Shown piece after piece: positions 19,089 through 27,566 of a stretch of 40,073 nt of DNA. Source of the stretch: Minisyncoccota bacterium (GTDB taxonomy: Bacteria > Patescibacteriota > Microgenomatia > UBA1400 > PJMF01); NCBI GenBank assembly GCA_009991965.1, contig JAACWQ010000004.1, positions 1-40,073 on the forward strand, given 5' to 3'. Under the pieces are notes generated by a model, which had not been told where the DNA came from, searched no databases, and saw nothing but the letters and a program-made list of their open reading frames with translations. How positions within the stretch are numbered: position 1 is the stretch's first letter; the number at the start of each line of letters is the position of its first letter. A program made the position numbers and the translations under genes.

Positions 19089-20147
19089 TTAGTATTGTGG
19101 CAAAAATATCTTTTGATTTTCTGGCGTAATGACAATTTTTGGATAATTTTTTTCGACGATAATTCGAGCAGCCTTGCGTACTGCACCCTCAAGCGTCCGC
19201 TTGAGCGTACGAATACCAGCATCATATCCGAGTGGTCTGGTGATACTCGGCCACACGCTCTCTGCCATCACAAACTGTTCTGGACGTAAACCAGATTTTT
19301 TGAGTAAATCTGGCAAAATATACTGCTGCGCAATAACAATTTTCTCATGATCGGTGTACGACGGCATCGTAATTTTCTCGAGACGATCCATCACCGCAGT
19401 CGCAATTGCGGTGGTGTTATTGGCGGTAGCTAAGAAAATCGCATGTGATAAATCGATCGGATAATCGATAAACGCATCGCGGAAAGAGTGATTCTGTGCT
19501 GGATCAAGCAACTCAACCAGTACACCCATGATGTCTTTGTTTGCTTCTTCGGCAACACGGTCAATTTCATCGAGCAAAATAACGGGATTACGCACTTTGG
19601 CCTCGACTAAACCCTTCACAATTCTGCCAGGTTCTGATTCTATGTTGAGGCGCGTACTTCCCCGCAACTCTTTGGCAGAACTCATGCCACCAAACGGAAT
19701 ACGGACCAACTTACGACCAAGCGCCTCGGACAATGAGTAGGCGAATGTCGTCTTACCCGTACCAACCAAACCAACGAGCAACAAAATTGGCGCCCGAAAT
19801 TCCTCATCTGCCATCTGTGTCTGTCGCAACTGTAATACGGAGATGTATTCCAAAAAGCGGTTTTTTACATCCTGCATACCAAAGTGATGTTTGTCGAAAA
19901 TTTGTTTCGCTGTTTCGATTGAAAGCCGATCAGTTGTTTCTTCTGTCCATGGAATGCCAAGCGTCCACTCGATATAGCGAGAAACTTTTTCATATTTTTC
20001 GTCATATGAACCAAGTGCCACTGAGCGCTCCAGAGCGACAATATCCTTGTCTACTTTTCGGCGCAATTCTTCTGGTAATGTCGCCGCCGCCACACGTGTG
20101 CGCAGTTCATCTATTTCTTGCTCGAGGAGCTTGTTGTAATCTTGCAT
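19089..20147 (-). CDS. Stand-alone Lon-type AAA+ ATPase (no Lon N-domain, no protease domain)
   Basis: YIEWTLGIPW, HFGMQDVKNRFLEY, GLVGTGKT, PGRIVKGL..AKVRNPVILLDEIDR, ELLDPAQNHSFRD, DLSHAIFLATAN, DRLE, AGIRTLKR; ends after the alpha subdomain. Confidence 0.88.
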   Translation of the reverse strand: MQDYNKLLEQEIDELRTRVAAATLPEELRRKVDKDIVALERSVALGSYDEKYEKVSRYIEWTLGIPWTEETTDRLSIETAKQIFDKHHFGMQDVKNRFLEYISVLQLRQTQMADEEFRAPILLLVGLVGTGKTTFAYSLSEALGRKLVRIPFGGMSSAKELRGSTRLNIESEPGRIVKGLVEAKVRNPVILLDEIDRVAEEANKDIMGVLVELLDPAQNHSFRDAFIDYPIDLSHAIFLATANNTTAIATAVMDRLEKITMPSYTDHEKIVIAQQYILPDLLKKSGLRPEQFVMAESVWPSITRPLGYDAGIRTLKRTLEGAVRKAARIIVEKNYPKIVITPENQKIFLPQY

Positions 20148-21074
20148 TTATACTTGCTCTTTCAAAAAATCGTCCTGTCTGAGCAAGCCTGCCTTGCCAC
20201 CAAAGTGTTGAACGACTGCAGCAGCGTTCTGCTTTCCCCAAAGACATGCTGTCTCTAGCGTTTCATTTCGCAGACGTGCAGACACAAAACCAACGACAAA
20301 TGCATCGCCTGCGCCCGTCTCGTCTACCGCTTTTTCTACCTCTGCAGTGTACGGCATCCAGCCACTACCCTGAGTAAATACTCTCCCGCCATGTGAGCCA
20401 TCGGTAACCACAATAGTCGGAGCTTGCGATTCTATTTGTGGAACCACATCGTGCAACTGTTCCCACTCTTCTTTGTTTAAAATAAATAACTCACAGCCGA
20501 GATCCGCTGGCAAAATTTGCTGTGTGCGGATCATTTCTAATTCCTGAGAACCAGGATTCCAAGACAGATGCCTTGCTTGGTGTCTAGCGGCTGCGATCGT
20601 CTGCAGTGTCGGCAATCGCCCTGAGATGCTACTGAGGTGAACCCAACCAACTCGGGCAACTGCATCTTGCGGAACGTCTTCTGGATCAAGCTGAGAGGCT
20701 GCGCCCCGATGCACAAGGACCGAGCGTCCGCCATCTTGGCCGACCAAAATAACTGAGCCACCTGTTTGCTCTTTTTTCTCCTGAATAACGTAGTTTGTGC
20801 TGACTGTCTCTTTGTGAAAATCCTGCAAAATCACCTGAGCTAGAGAATCTTTGCCCGTCTCACAAAGAATTGCTGCATTGAAGCCAGCTCTGGCAAAACC
20901 GACAGCTGTATTGCCACCGCCACCGCCAGTCAGAACGTAGAACGAGTCGACATCCACCTTATTGCCGTAATCTTGGCACAACAACACATGGTCGTGTTCT
21001 GACCTAAGTTCAAATTGATCTGATTGGATAAAAATATCGATCAAAGCCGAACCAATGGACAGAACATCGTGCAT
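20148..21074 (-). CDS. PfkB/ribokinase family carbohydrate kinase; start placed at ATG 21074
   Basis: IGSALID, GGGGGNTAVGFARAG, NKEE, DETGAGDAF. Confidence 0.9.
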   Translation of the reverse strand: MHDVLSIGSALIDIFIQSDQFELRSEHDHVLLCQDYGNKVDVDSFYVLTGGGGGNTAVGFARAGFNAAILCETGKDSLAQVILQDFHKETVSTNYVIQEKKEQTGGSVILVGQDGGRSVLVHRGAASQLDPEDVPQDAVARVGWVHLSSISGRLPTLQTIAAARHQARHLSWNPGSQELEMIRTQQILPADLGCELFILNKEEWEQLHDVVPQIESQAPTIVVTDGSHGGRVFTQGSGWMPYTAEVEKAVDETGAGDAFVVGFVSARLRNETLETACLWGKQNAAAVVQHFGGKAGLLRQDDFLKEQV

Positions 21075-21093
21075 AACTCTATGGTACGACAAA

Positions 21094-21459
21094 TTAGTGA
21101 GGGACTCCAGTGGAGTGTTCTGTAGAGATGTCAAACCCCAACTCTGCCTTTGCCTCATCCGTCATCATGTCCTGCACCCAGGGCGGGTCAAAAACCAAAG
21201 TAATTGCCAAGTCGCGGTAGGGATCAAACCCAGGAATATCGAGCAATTGTTGTTTTACCAAATCTTCAAACACGTGCGCGAGCGGGCAACCAGGAGTCGT
21301 CAGCGTCATGGTAATCGTTGCTTCTAGTGGGACAACACCATCTGGCGCCACAACCTGGTAAATTAACCCCAAACTGACGATGTCGATACCAAGCTCTGGG
21401 TCGATAACGTTTGCTAAACCTTTCCAAATATGTTGTTCTAGTTCAGATTTTTTTGTCAT
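21094..21459 (-). CDS. sufT: SufT / DUF59 metal-sulfur cluster biosynthesis protein
   Basis: VIDPELGIDIVSLGLIY, MTLTTPGCP, LVFDPPW. Confidence 0.88.
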   Translation of the reverse strand: MTKKSELEQHIWKGLANVIDPELGIDIVSLGLIYQVVAPDGVVPLEATITMTLTTPGCPLAHVFEDLVKQQLLDIPGFDPYRDLAITLVFDPPWVQDMMTDEAKAELGFDISTEHSTGVPH

Positions 21460-21463
21460 ATAC

Positions 21464-21492
21464 AAAAACACCCCCCATTGCTGGAGGGTGTT
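21464..21492 (-). terminator. Intrinsic terminator downstream of the 69-aa gene
   Basis: Minus strand AACACCCTCCA-GCAA-TGGGGGGTGTT followed by T run. Confidence 0.8.
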
Positions 21493-21514
21493 ATCTTATT
21501 TCATTCGAAACAAA

Positions 21515-21724
21515 TTACTTGTTACTCTTCTTGAGAACAGGCATGTTGGTTCGTTTGGTCTCCATGACCTCATAACCAGCTGGAACTGCATCGAGCGAAC
21601 CATCTGCGCGAACATCTCGTGCAAAGAAGTAAATGCGTTGTACACGACCATTCTTAAGAGTCACCTCTTTGGTGTGTAGGTAGTAGGCCTGACCTTTGGC
21701 GTTTGTGTAGCTAAATGCTGCCAT
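21515..21724 (-). CDS. Small basic hypothetical protein (69 aa)
   Basis: Strong SD AAGGAG, own terminator, beta-rich aromatic/basic sequence (YYLH..EVTLKNGR.Q.IYFF..PAGYEV...PVLKK). Confidence 0.85.
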   Translation of the reverse strand: MAAFSYTNAKGQAYYLHTKEVTLKNGRVQRIYFFARDVRADGSLDAVPAGYEVMETKRTNMPVLKKSNK

Positions 21725-21741
21725 AGTATCTCCTTTTTTTC

Positions 21742-21761
21742 TTTTCGCAATTTTGCGAAAA
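21742..21761. promoter_or_regulatory. Palindrome TTTTCGCAA-TT-TTGCGAAAA next to the RBS of the 69-aa gene
   Basis: Perfect 9-bp inverted repeat with 2-nt spacer. Confidence 0.55.
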
Positions 21762-21778
21762 TTAATACGTTTATACCT

Positions 21779-21830
21779 TGCTACTTAATCTAGCGTTACT
21801 CTCAGTACTCAGCACCGTAATCGAGTAGCA
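21779..21830 (-). other. Candidate structured 5' leader element
   Basis: UGCUACUCGAUU pairs with GAUUAAGUAGCA (one mismatch) and encloses the hairpin CGGUGC-UGA-GUACUG; lies just downstream of TTGATG-16-TATTCT promoter-like sequence. Confidence 0.45.
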
Positions 21831-21881
21831 GTTTTTGTAAGAATAGCATACTCGACGGGCACATCAAGAAGCAAACTTCGT

Positions 21882-22424
21882 TTACTCCTGTGTTTCCTCG
21901 AGTGCTGGACTCAGTATCCCACGGAGGACAACGTTGTCTAGGACCTTTGTTTTGTCGCTACTCGTACTTACTACAACCTCTACAGGCAATAAATCTGAGT
22001 TGATTGCAGCGGTGCCAACCAAGCCACCTTTACCAGCAACTAAGTCAAACGCTGGCGATAACTCATTGGTGTCTGTGTCGTGCAGCCAGACATGGTATTC
22101 ATCTGTTTGCATAGCAGTCACGATGACGCTAAAAAGGACTTTGCCATCTGTAACTTCATAGCGGATGACGCCGGTAACATCTTGCTTCACCATTACATCA
22201 TCTGATGCTTCTGGAGAAAGATTGACTGTGTCGTAATCACCTGCGGCCTGTAACATAGTTCGTTGCTGATCTTCACTGAGGTTCTCGATCTGGATACCTT
22301 CGGAGAAGTTTAGCTCGTTGTTTGCTCGCTCACTGCGCAGTTGGAACCAACGGAAGATTAAGAAGAAAACAAGTAAAAAAACGAGTAATGGAAATATGTA
22401 CGGTGTGTATTTTTTTAGATTCAT
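21882..22424 (-). CDS. Hypothetical membrane-anchored protein
   Basis: N-terminal TM helix, acidic beta-rich soluble domain (EYHVWL...VLRG). Confidence 0.75.
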   Translation of the reverse strand: MNLKKYTPYIFPLLVFLLVFFLIFRWFQLRSERANNELNFSEGIQIENLSEDQQRTMLQAAGDYDTVNLSPEASDDVMVKQDVTGVIRYEVTDGKVLFSVIVTAMQTDEYHVWLHDTDTNELSPAFDLVAGKGGLVGTAAINSDLLPVEVVVSTSSDKTKVLDNVVLRGILSPALEETQE

Positions 22425-22451
22425 GTTAGCCCTTTTTCCTCTACGTACAGT

Positions 22452-23111
22452 TTACTGTGTAGCAGAGTGTTCTTGTACTATTGCGGTCACCAGGTCTCGC
22501 AATTGTGGGGCAGTGGCTTTTTGACCATTCACAAAGAAAGTTGGCGTTGCGTTTATGCCGACTTTGGTACCTAGATCTGCATCTTTTTGTACCAAACTAG
22601 AATATACGCTACTATCCTGTATCTTAGCGCCAAAAGTCTCCTCGTCAAGTCCAAGCTCTACAGCATATTGAGTAAAGGTAGTTTTTGCCTCTGCAACTGA
22701 GCCGAGTGTTGACCAGTCTGCCTGGCGTTCGAATAACAGATCATGCATTGGCCAAAACGCGCCATCTTCGGCAGCAACTTCGGAAGCTACGGCTGCAGTC
22801 CGGGCAAGTGGATGGAGTTGATCAAGCGGAAAATGTCGATATACAAGGCGAACTTGGTCACCAAATTCTTTGACTACCGCTTGGACGAGTGGCTCACTCG
22901 CCGAACACGCTGGACATTGAAAGTCGCTAAACTCGACAATTGTTGCTACAGCAGACTCGTTACCGAGAATATTGCGTGCATCTGCGACGAGCTCAGCTGT
23001 ATCAAGTACTTGTGTCGTAGGCGTTGTCTCTTTGGAAAAGAAAAAGGCTATGCCACCGATCAATAGCAACGTGCCAATGATTGTACCGAGGAGTAAGGGA
23101 AGATTTTTCAT
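22452..23111 (-). CDS. Membrane-anchored DsbA family thiol-disulfide oxidoreductase
   Basis: N-terminal TM, IVEFSDFQCPAC, YRHFPL, GINATPTFFVNG; ATGA overlap with ferredoxin stop. Confidence 0.92.
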   Translation of the reverse strand: MKNLPLLLGTIIGTLLLIGGIAFFFSKETTPTTQVLDTAELVADARNILGNESAVATIVEFSDFQCPACSASEPLVQAVVKEFGDQVRLVYRHFPLDQLHPLARTAAVASEVAAEDGAFWPMHDLLFERQADWSTLGSVAEAKTTFTQYAVELGLDEETFGAKIQDSSVYSSLVQKDADLGTKVGINATPTFFVNGQKATAPQLRDLVTAIVQEHSATQ

Positions 23112-23356
23112 AGTGGCCAAACTTGTTTGCCCGACTCCGTGTCGGTTACTATTACTGCCATTGTTGGACAGCTTTGGGCTGCCAACAATTTTGTTTCGTC
23201 GTCGTTACCATCCTGGCTAATCACCCGAGCGATCTGCTCTGCATCGAGATCAAATACGCCGGGAGCAATTACAACGCAACTCGCCGCACTAATGCACTTT
23301 TCTCGAATGACTTCGACTTTGTATTTACCTATCTGCTTCACTTGTGGATCTGCCAT
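23108..23356 (-). CDS. Single-cluster ferredoxin, probably [3Fe-4S]
   Basis: CISAASC (CxxAxxC) ... AAQSCPT. Confidence 0.9.
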   Translation of the reverse strand: MADPQVKQIGKYKVEVIREKCISAASCVVIAPGVFDLDAEQIARVISQDGNDDETKLLAAQSCPTMAVIVTDTESGKQVWPL

Positions 23357-23376
23357 AACTCCTTCTTATACTTTTG

Positions 23377-24087
23377 CTAATAAAACTTTTCGTGATGAAT
23401 GCGTTGCTCTGTCACTCCTTTTGCAAGTACTGTTTGGCTCACATCTGTAATCATCTTTGTACTGCCACAAAGATAATAGCCTACTCCCGCTGCTTGCTCA
23501 TGGGTATTGAGACAGTCAGTCACTCTACCACGACACAGTGGCCAAGCTTGCTCTGCCTGTGAAAGCACCGGATGAAAGGAAAAGTTAGGAAACGACTGCG
23601 CGAGTTCTTCAAACTCATCTTCCCAGAACAGAGTGTTGGCATGACGCATACCCCAATACAAGGTGATTGGTCGTGTGTCTTTTACTACCTGGAGACGCTC
23701 GAGCAACATAGAGCGAAATGGAGCAATACCAGATCCAGTGGCAACGAGTGCGAGTGATGTCTCTGCTTCGTCAGCGACGATGGTAAAAATTCCGAGGGGC
23801 GCAAGCAGTTCAATTTCTTGGCCAAATTGCAGATTTTCCAAATAGGTACAACCAACACCTGCAGGTTGATGATCAATCAGTAGTTCGAAACCATGCGAGA
23901 CTGCTGGAGAGGAACAAATTGAGTATGATCGACGCTCACCTTTCTCTGACACTTTGAGTGAAGCGTACTGTCCAGCCGAAAAGACCAACTCATTTGGCTC
24001 GACTAATTCAAAATAGTACTGCACAAAACGCTCGTTGAGCTGTTGCTTATCTTCTAGCTTGGCACGGTATTGTTTCGGAGGATTCAT
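23377..24087 (-). CDS. FAD/NAD(P)-binding oxidoreductase, ferredoxin-NADP reductase family
   Basis: FSAGQY, RSYSI, ATGSGIAPF, YLCGS, C-terminal EKFY. Confidence 0.9.
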   Translation of the reverse strand: MNPPKQYRAKLEDKQQLNERFVQYYFELVEPNELVFSAGQYASLKVSEKGERRSYSICSSPAVSHGFELLIDHQPAGVGCTYLENLQFGQEIELLAPLGIFTIVADEAETSLALVATGSGIAPFRSMLLERLQVVKDTRPITLYWGMRHANTLFWEDEFEELAQSFPNFSFHPVLSQAEQAWPLCRGRVTDCLNTHEQAAGVGYYLCGSTKMITDVSQTVLAKGVTEQRIHHEKFY

Positions 24088-24093
24088 TGTGTA

Positions 24094-24633
24094 TTATTTT
24101 TTGATATCTTGCTCCCAGTCACGACCAAACCACAGACCGAGTGCGAGCTTTGCAATACTAGCATACTCTGTGGTGCGATCAACAAAATTGCGGGTAATCA
24201 CTCCTATTGCGCCCTGTTTTTGTTTGATGTTGTCGCCAGCGAAAAGCGCACTGACCGCTGGACCCATTTCTGCTCCAGCAGCGAGTTTGTCTGCGATTAC
24301 TTTTGGCAATTTAAAGCGTGCGCCATTGCTTTCATAGTAATTCCCTGCTGTATCGAGCACTGCAGCCCAAACTGTTGACCAGAGCTCACCATTGAAAGTG
24401 TGAACACCACCTTCGAGTCCAAGACCAAGTTGGGTTGTTTTTCCACCTGCTGTAAGGGCGGCTTGTGCCCGAGCGCACGCGCCCTGGCGAGTTTCTTCGT
24501 CGCTGCGCGGTTGCTCTGAAACACCACTCTGGACTTCGAAACCTGCAACAACTACATCTGGCCACTGACCTTGGGCGGCAACACGTACTGCATTGAGTTT
24601 TACTGGGTTGGTGCTACCGACTGCGATTTTCAT
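24094..24633 (-). CDS. yjjX: Inosine/xanthosine triphosphatase (YjjX/DUF84)
   Basis: IAVGSTNPVK, SGVSEQP, GLEGG, EMG, KQKQGAIG, DRT; ATGA overlap with sufU. Confidence 0.92.
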   Translation of the reverse strand: MKIAVGSTNPVKLNAVRVAAQGQWPDVVVAGFEVQSGVSEQPRSDEETRQGACARAQAALTAGGKTTQLGLGLEGGVHTFNGELWSTVWAAVLDTAGNYYESNGARFKLPKVIADKLAAGAEMGPAVSALFAGDNIKQKQGAIGVITRNFVDRTTEYASIAKLALGLWFGRDWEQDIKK

Positions 24634-25004
24634 GTTTTTGCTAACAATTTTTGTACCGTGTTTAAACCAAGAAGTAAACACTTCTTGCGGGCAGTGGAAA
24701 ATGACTCAATACCAAGCCAACCAAGGAGTGTTTGTTCGTCCCAAGCAAGTACTTCGATAACCTTTTTTCCTCGGATATGGTCTGAAAGTAAACTCAGGCT
24801 CGCTGTACTGATGACGCAACCAGTCCCTTCCCAAGACAAGGTTGAAATACTCCGTTTGTCATCGCTTAGTTTGAGAAAGATGTGGCAGCTATCACCACAA
24901 GAATTGGTCGCTGGTGGAGAGCTGAGGTCAGCATCTGGCAACTGCCCTTTATTGTGAGGGTTGCGTGCCGCCTCGAGTAGTTCTTCGTGATATAGATCGT
25001 CCAT
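24630..25004 (-). CDS. sufU: SufU/IscU-like Fe-S scaffold / sulfur-transfer protein
   Basis: LYHEELLE..RNPHNKG, NSCGD, GTGCVISTAS, ARKKC (three conserved Cys). Confidence 0.9.
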   Translation of the reverse strand: MDDLYHEELLEAARNPHNKGQLPDADLSSPPATNSCGDSCHIFLKLSDDKRSISTLSWEGTGCVISTASLSLLSDHIRGKKVIEVLAWDEQTLLGWLGIESFSTARKKCLLLGLNTVQKLLAKT

Positions 25005-25014
25005 CAGATTCTTT

Positions 25015-26268
25015 CTATACTTTGAAAACTTGCCGCACTTTTGCCAAACCAGTTACGAGCGCATCAATGTCTGCTGTCGTATTATAGATGTTGCAGCTTG
25101 CCCGCACACTCGCGACCCAACCAAACTGCTCATGCAGTGGCATTGTGCAGTGATGGCCACTGCGAACTGCCACACCGACACTGTCGAGCACCTGCGCTAC
25201 ATCGTGGGCGTGAACACCTTTGTAAATGAAAGCTACAGAGCCAACGCGATCGACTTCACTTTCACTAAAATCCTGCGGGCCGATGATTTCTAGTTCTGGA
25301 ATTGCTGAGAGTTTTTCGAGCGCATAGAGTACCAGTTCCAAATCGTGCTGACCGACATCACTCATGTGCAATTTGGTGAGATACGCGCAGGCTGCTGCTA
25401 GACCAACTGCGCTGGCTACATCTGGTGTACCAGCTACAAACCGCTCACTGAGTTCATCGGTGAAAGTAGTCGCGTCTTTGGTAACCGCGGCAATCATACC
25501 GCCACCAAACAACCATGGTCGCATTTCACCAGACTGCAGTAGCGATTGGCGAACAAGTAAGCCACCAATCCCCATCGGACCGAGCATTTTGTGGCCACTA
25601 AAAACGAGAAAATCTACATCTAGTTTGGCAAATGAAACAGGAATGTGCGGTGCAGACTGCGCAGCGTCGATGAGTATACGAATGTCTGGTTGCAGCGCGC
25701 GGGCTTGCACAATGATTTCTGCAACTGGATTGAGTGTACCGAGTGTATTTGAAACGTGTGTGAGTGCGAGCAACCGCACTTTTGGTAATGAAAGTTTGGC
25801 TGCAAGTGATTTTTGGTCTAACCGTCCCTCTTTTGTGATCTCGATGTACTCGACAGTGGCGCCGGTGCGCCGGGCAAGTTCTTGCCAACACACAATGTTT
25901 GAGTGATGCTCCATGAGCGTGGTGAGAATAATATCGCCAAATTGTACATTGTGATCGCCCCAACCATACGCAACGCCATTGATTGCTTCCGTCGTATTGC
26001 GCGTAATAATCAATTCTTCTGGATTGGCATCAAAAAACTTTGCAATCGTAGCCCTACTCTCGTCCCAAACTTGCGTGCTTCTGTCTGAGAGCTGATGGAC
26101 ACCGCGGTGCACATTGGCATTGCTTGTCTGGTAATACTTGGTAATTGCGTCAAGAACTACTTGTGGTTTTTGGCTCGTAGCCGCGCTGTCGAGATAGACA
26201 AGTTTCTCTCCCCGTGGATTTTGGGAAAAAATGGGAAAATCTTGGCGAATAGTTTTTGGGTTGAACAT
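25015..26268 (-). CDS. sufS: Cysteine desulfurase SufS
   Basis: RQDFPI, YLDSAATSQKP, ANVHRG, MEHHSN, DAAQ, FSGHKMLGPMGIG, RSGHHC. Confidence 0.96.
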   Translation of the reverse strand: MFNPKTIRQDFPIFSQNPRGEKLVYLDSAATSQKPQVVLDAITKYYQTSNANVHRGVHQLSDRSTQVWDESRATIAKFFDANPEELIITRNTTEAINGVAYGWGDHNVQFGDIILTTLMEHHSNIVCWQELARRTGATVEYIEITKEGRLDQKSLAAKLSLPKVRLLALTHVSNTLGTLNPVAEIIVQARALQPDIRILIDAAQSAPHIPVSFAKLDVDFLVFSGHKMLGPMGIGGLLVRQSLLQSGEMRPWLFGGGMIAAVTKDATTFTDELSERFVAGTPDVASAVGLAAACAYLTKLHMSDVGQHDLELVLYALEKLSAIPELEIIGPQDFSESEVDRVGSVAFIYKGVHAHDVAQVLDSVGVAVRSGHHCTMPLHEQFGWVASVRASCNIYNTTADIDALVTGLAKVRQVFKV

Positions 26269-26276
26269 CCTGGTCT

Positions 26277-27506
26277 TCAAATCCTTACATCAAAATTGGC
26301 AACAATGGTCGCTAGATCATCGGCATTTATAACACAGTCCCCGATTTGGTTGTACGCACAGTTTTGCTGCATATAATACTGATAATCCAAGTTGTAATCA
26401 AAAATGTCAACTTGATTATCTTTATTTAGATCCCCCAGCAAAGGAATCGGACTAGGTGAAGGGGTTGGTGTGGGAAAAGGTGTGGGAACTGGAGTTGGAA
26501 TTGGGGTTGGCAACGGTTGCGGACAATACCGAGTAGCGTAATCATGAAACACTGTGTATGTCGGCCTTTTTCTACCCGTCGCATCAATCAGTCCCATTCT
26601 CAAAGTGTCTGCAAAATCCATAACTGTATGAAATGACGCGATCTCAACAAATGAGAACTCGTTTGAAAGCAAACGATCAAACGTTTGACGCAAATAATCC
26701 GCTGCCTCATTTTCTGAAATGCTATGTTCGTAGCCCTGGGCGACATTCCACCCATACTCAGTCATCCAAATCGGTTTGTGATATTTTTCGTACATGTGCT
26801 TAACACCATCTAAATTGGCTGGACCAAACCAGTTGTACGGATGCAAAGTCATCACATCATACGATCTCCCGCCAGGACTATTGTGCAATACGTCCATAAA
26901 TCCTTCATCGTTTCCGTCTAGTCCACCCACAGAAAGCTGAATCTGAGGATTTATTGCTTTTAAAGTTTTGTAGGTGACATCGAGCCAGTATGCATACTCT
27001 CGCACTGACTCTTCAGTATTTCTGCAGCCGTCCACATTCGAACCACAGCCATTTTGTTCATTCCAAAAAATATATCGATTCACCTGAGGATGCCTGGTAG
27101 CAAGAGCACGAATAAATTGTTCGTAATCTGCTTGTGCGTCTCGTCTCGGCAAAGCTTTGTGTGGTGGTAAATTACCCTCCTTTGCCCAATCAGGAGTACA
27201 ACAAATCATCACAGTATTACCTAAATTTCTGGCCTCAGCTTGCGCTAAAGTCGAGTCAAAAAGGCTGAAATCAATTGCGCCTCGAGTTGGCTCGGCAATA
27301 TCCCAATTTACGGCCAAACCCACGTAGGTAGCGCCAGCTTCCTGAATTGCTGCATAAACAGCGGGTTCATCCGTAGCTTTGTTGAGACCAAACAGCAGCG
27401 GACGAGTTGTGTTTTGGCAAGTTGGATCAGCTGCGCAAACGGGTGAGACTAGATATAACAAGCAAAAAAATACTGAGAACAATAAAATGCCTGTCAATCG
27501 TTTCAT
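26277..27506 (-). CDS. Secreted clan GH-A glycoside hydrolase + Pro/Thr linker + dockerin-like domain (paralog 2)
   Basis: Signal peptide, WNEQN (acid/base Glu), HPY, WMTEYGW (nucleophile Glu), PTPIPTP linker, GDLNKDNQVDIFDY and GDCVINADDL..IVANF. Confidence 0.85.
   Translation of the reverse strand: MKRLTGILLFSVFFCLLYLVSPVCAADPTCQNTTRPLLFGLNKATDEPAVYAAIQEAGATYVGLAVNWDIAEPTRGAIDFSLFDSTLAQAEARNLGNTVMICCTPDWAKEGNLPPHKALPRRDAQADYEQFIRALATRHPQVNRYIFWNEQNGCGSNVDGCRNTEESVREYAYWLDVTYKTLKAINPQIQLSVGGLDGNDEGFMDVLHNSPGGRSYDVMTLHPYNWFGPANLDGVKHMYEKYHKPIWMTEYGWNVAQGYEHSISENEAADYLRQTFDRLLSNEFSFVEIASFHTVMDFADTLRMGLIDATGRKRPTYTVFHDYATRYCPQPLPTPIPTPVPTPFPTPTPSPSPIPLLGDLNKDNQVDIFDYNLDYQYYMQQNCAYNQIGDCVINADDLATIVANFDVRI
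26428..26447. repeat. 20-bp identical segment shared by the two GH paralogs (second copy 27718-27737)
   Basis: AGATCCCCCAGCAAAGGAAT at the linker/dockerin junction in both genes. Confidence 0.85.
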
Positions 27507-27566
27507 AAGAAAAATTGTAATCTGGTTGGGTACAGACCACAAGCACAACCGAAGTTGCTGTGGCCT

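Noticed and set aside
20148-21158. Longer ORF-track starts for pfkB (also GT4, yjjX, sufT, murI, DUF4349 and the GH genes)
   Set aside because: Most extensions overlap neighbouring genes or a terminator and none show family similarity; downstream starts fit better
26450-26520. GGGGTTGG/GGAGTTGG short repeats (also ~27735-27795)
   Set aside because: They encode Pro/Thr linkers; not CRISPR or a non-coding repeat
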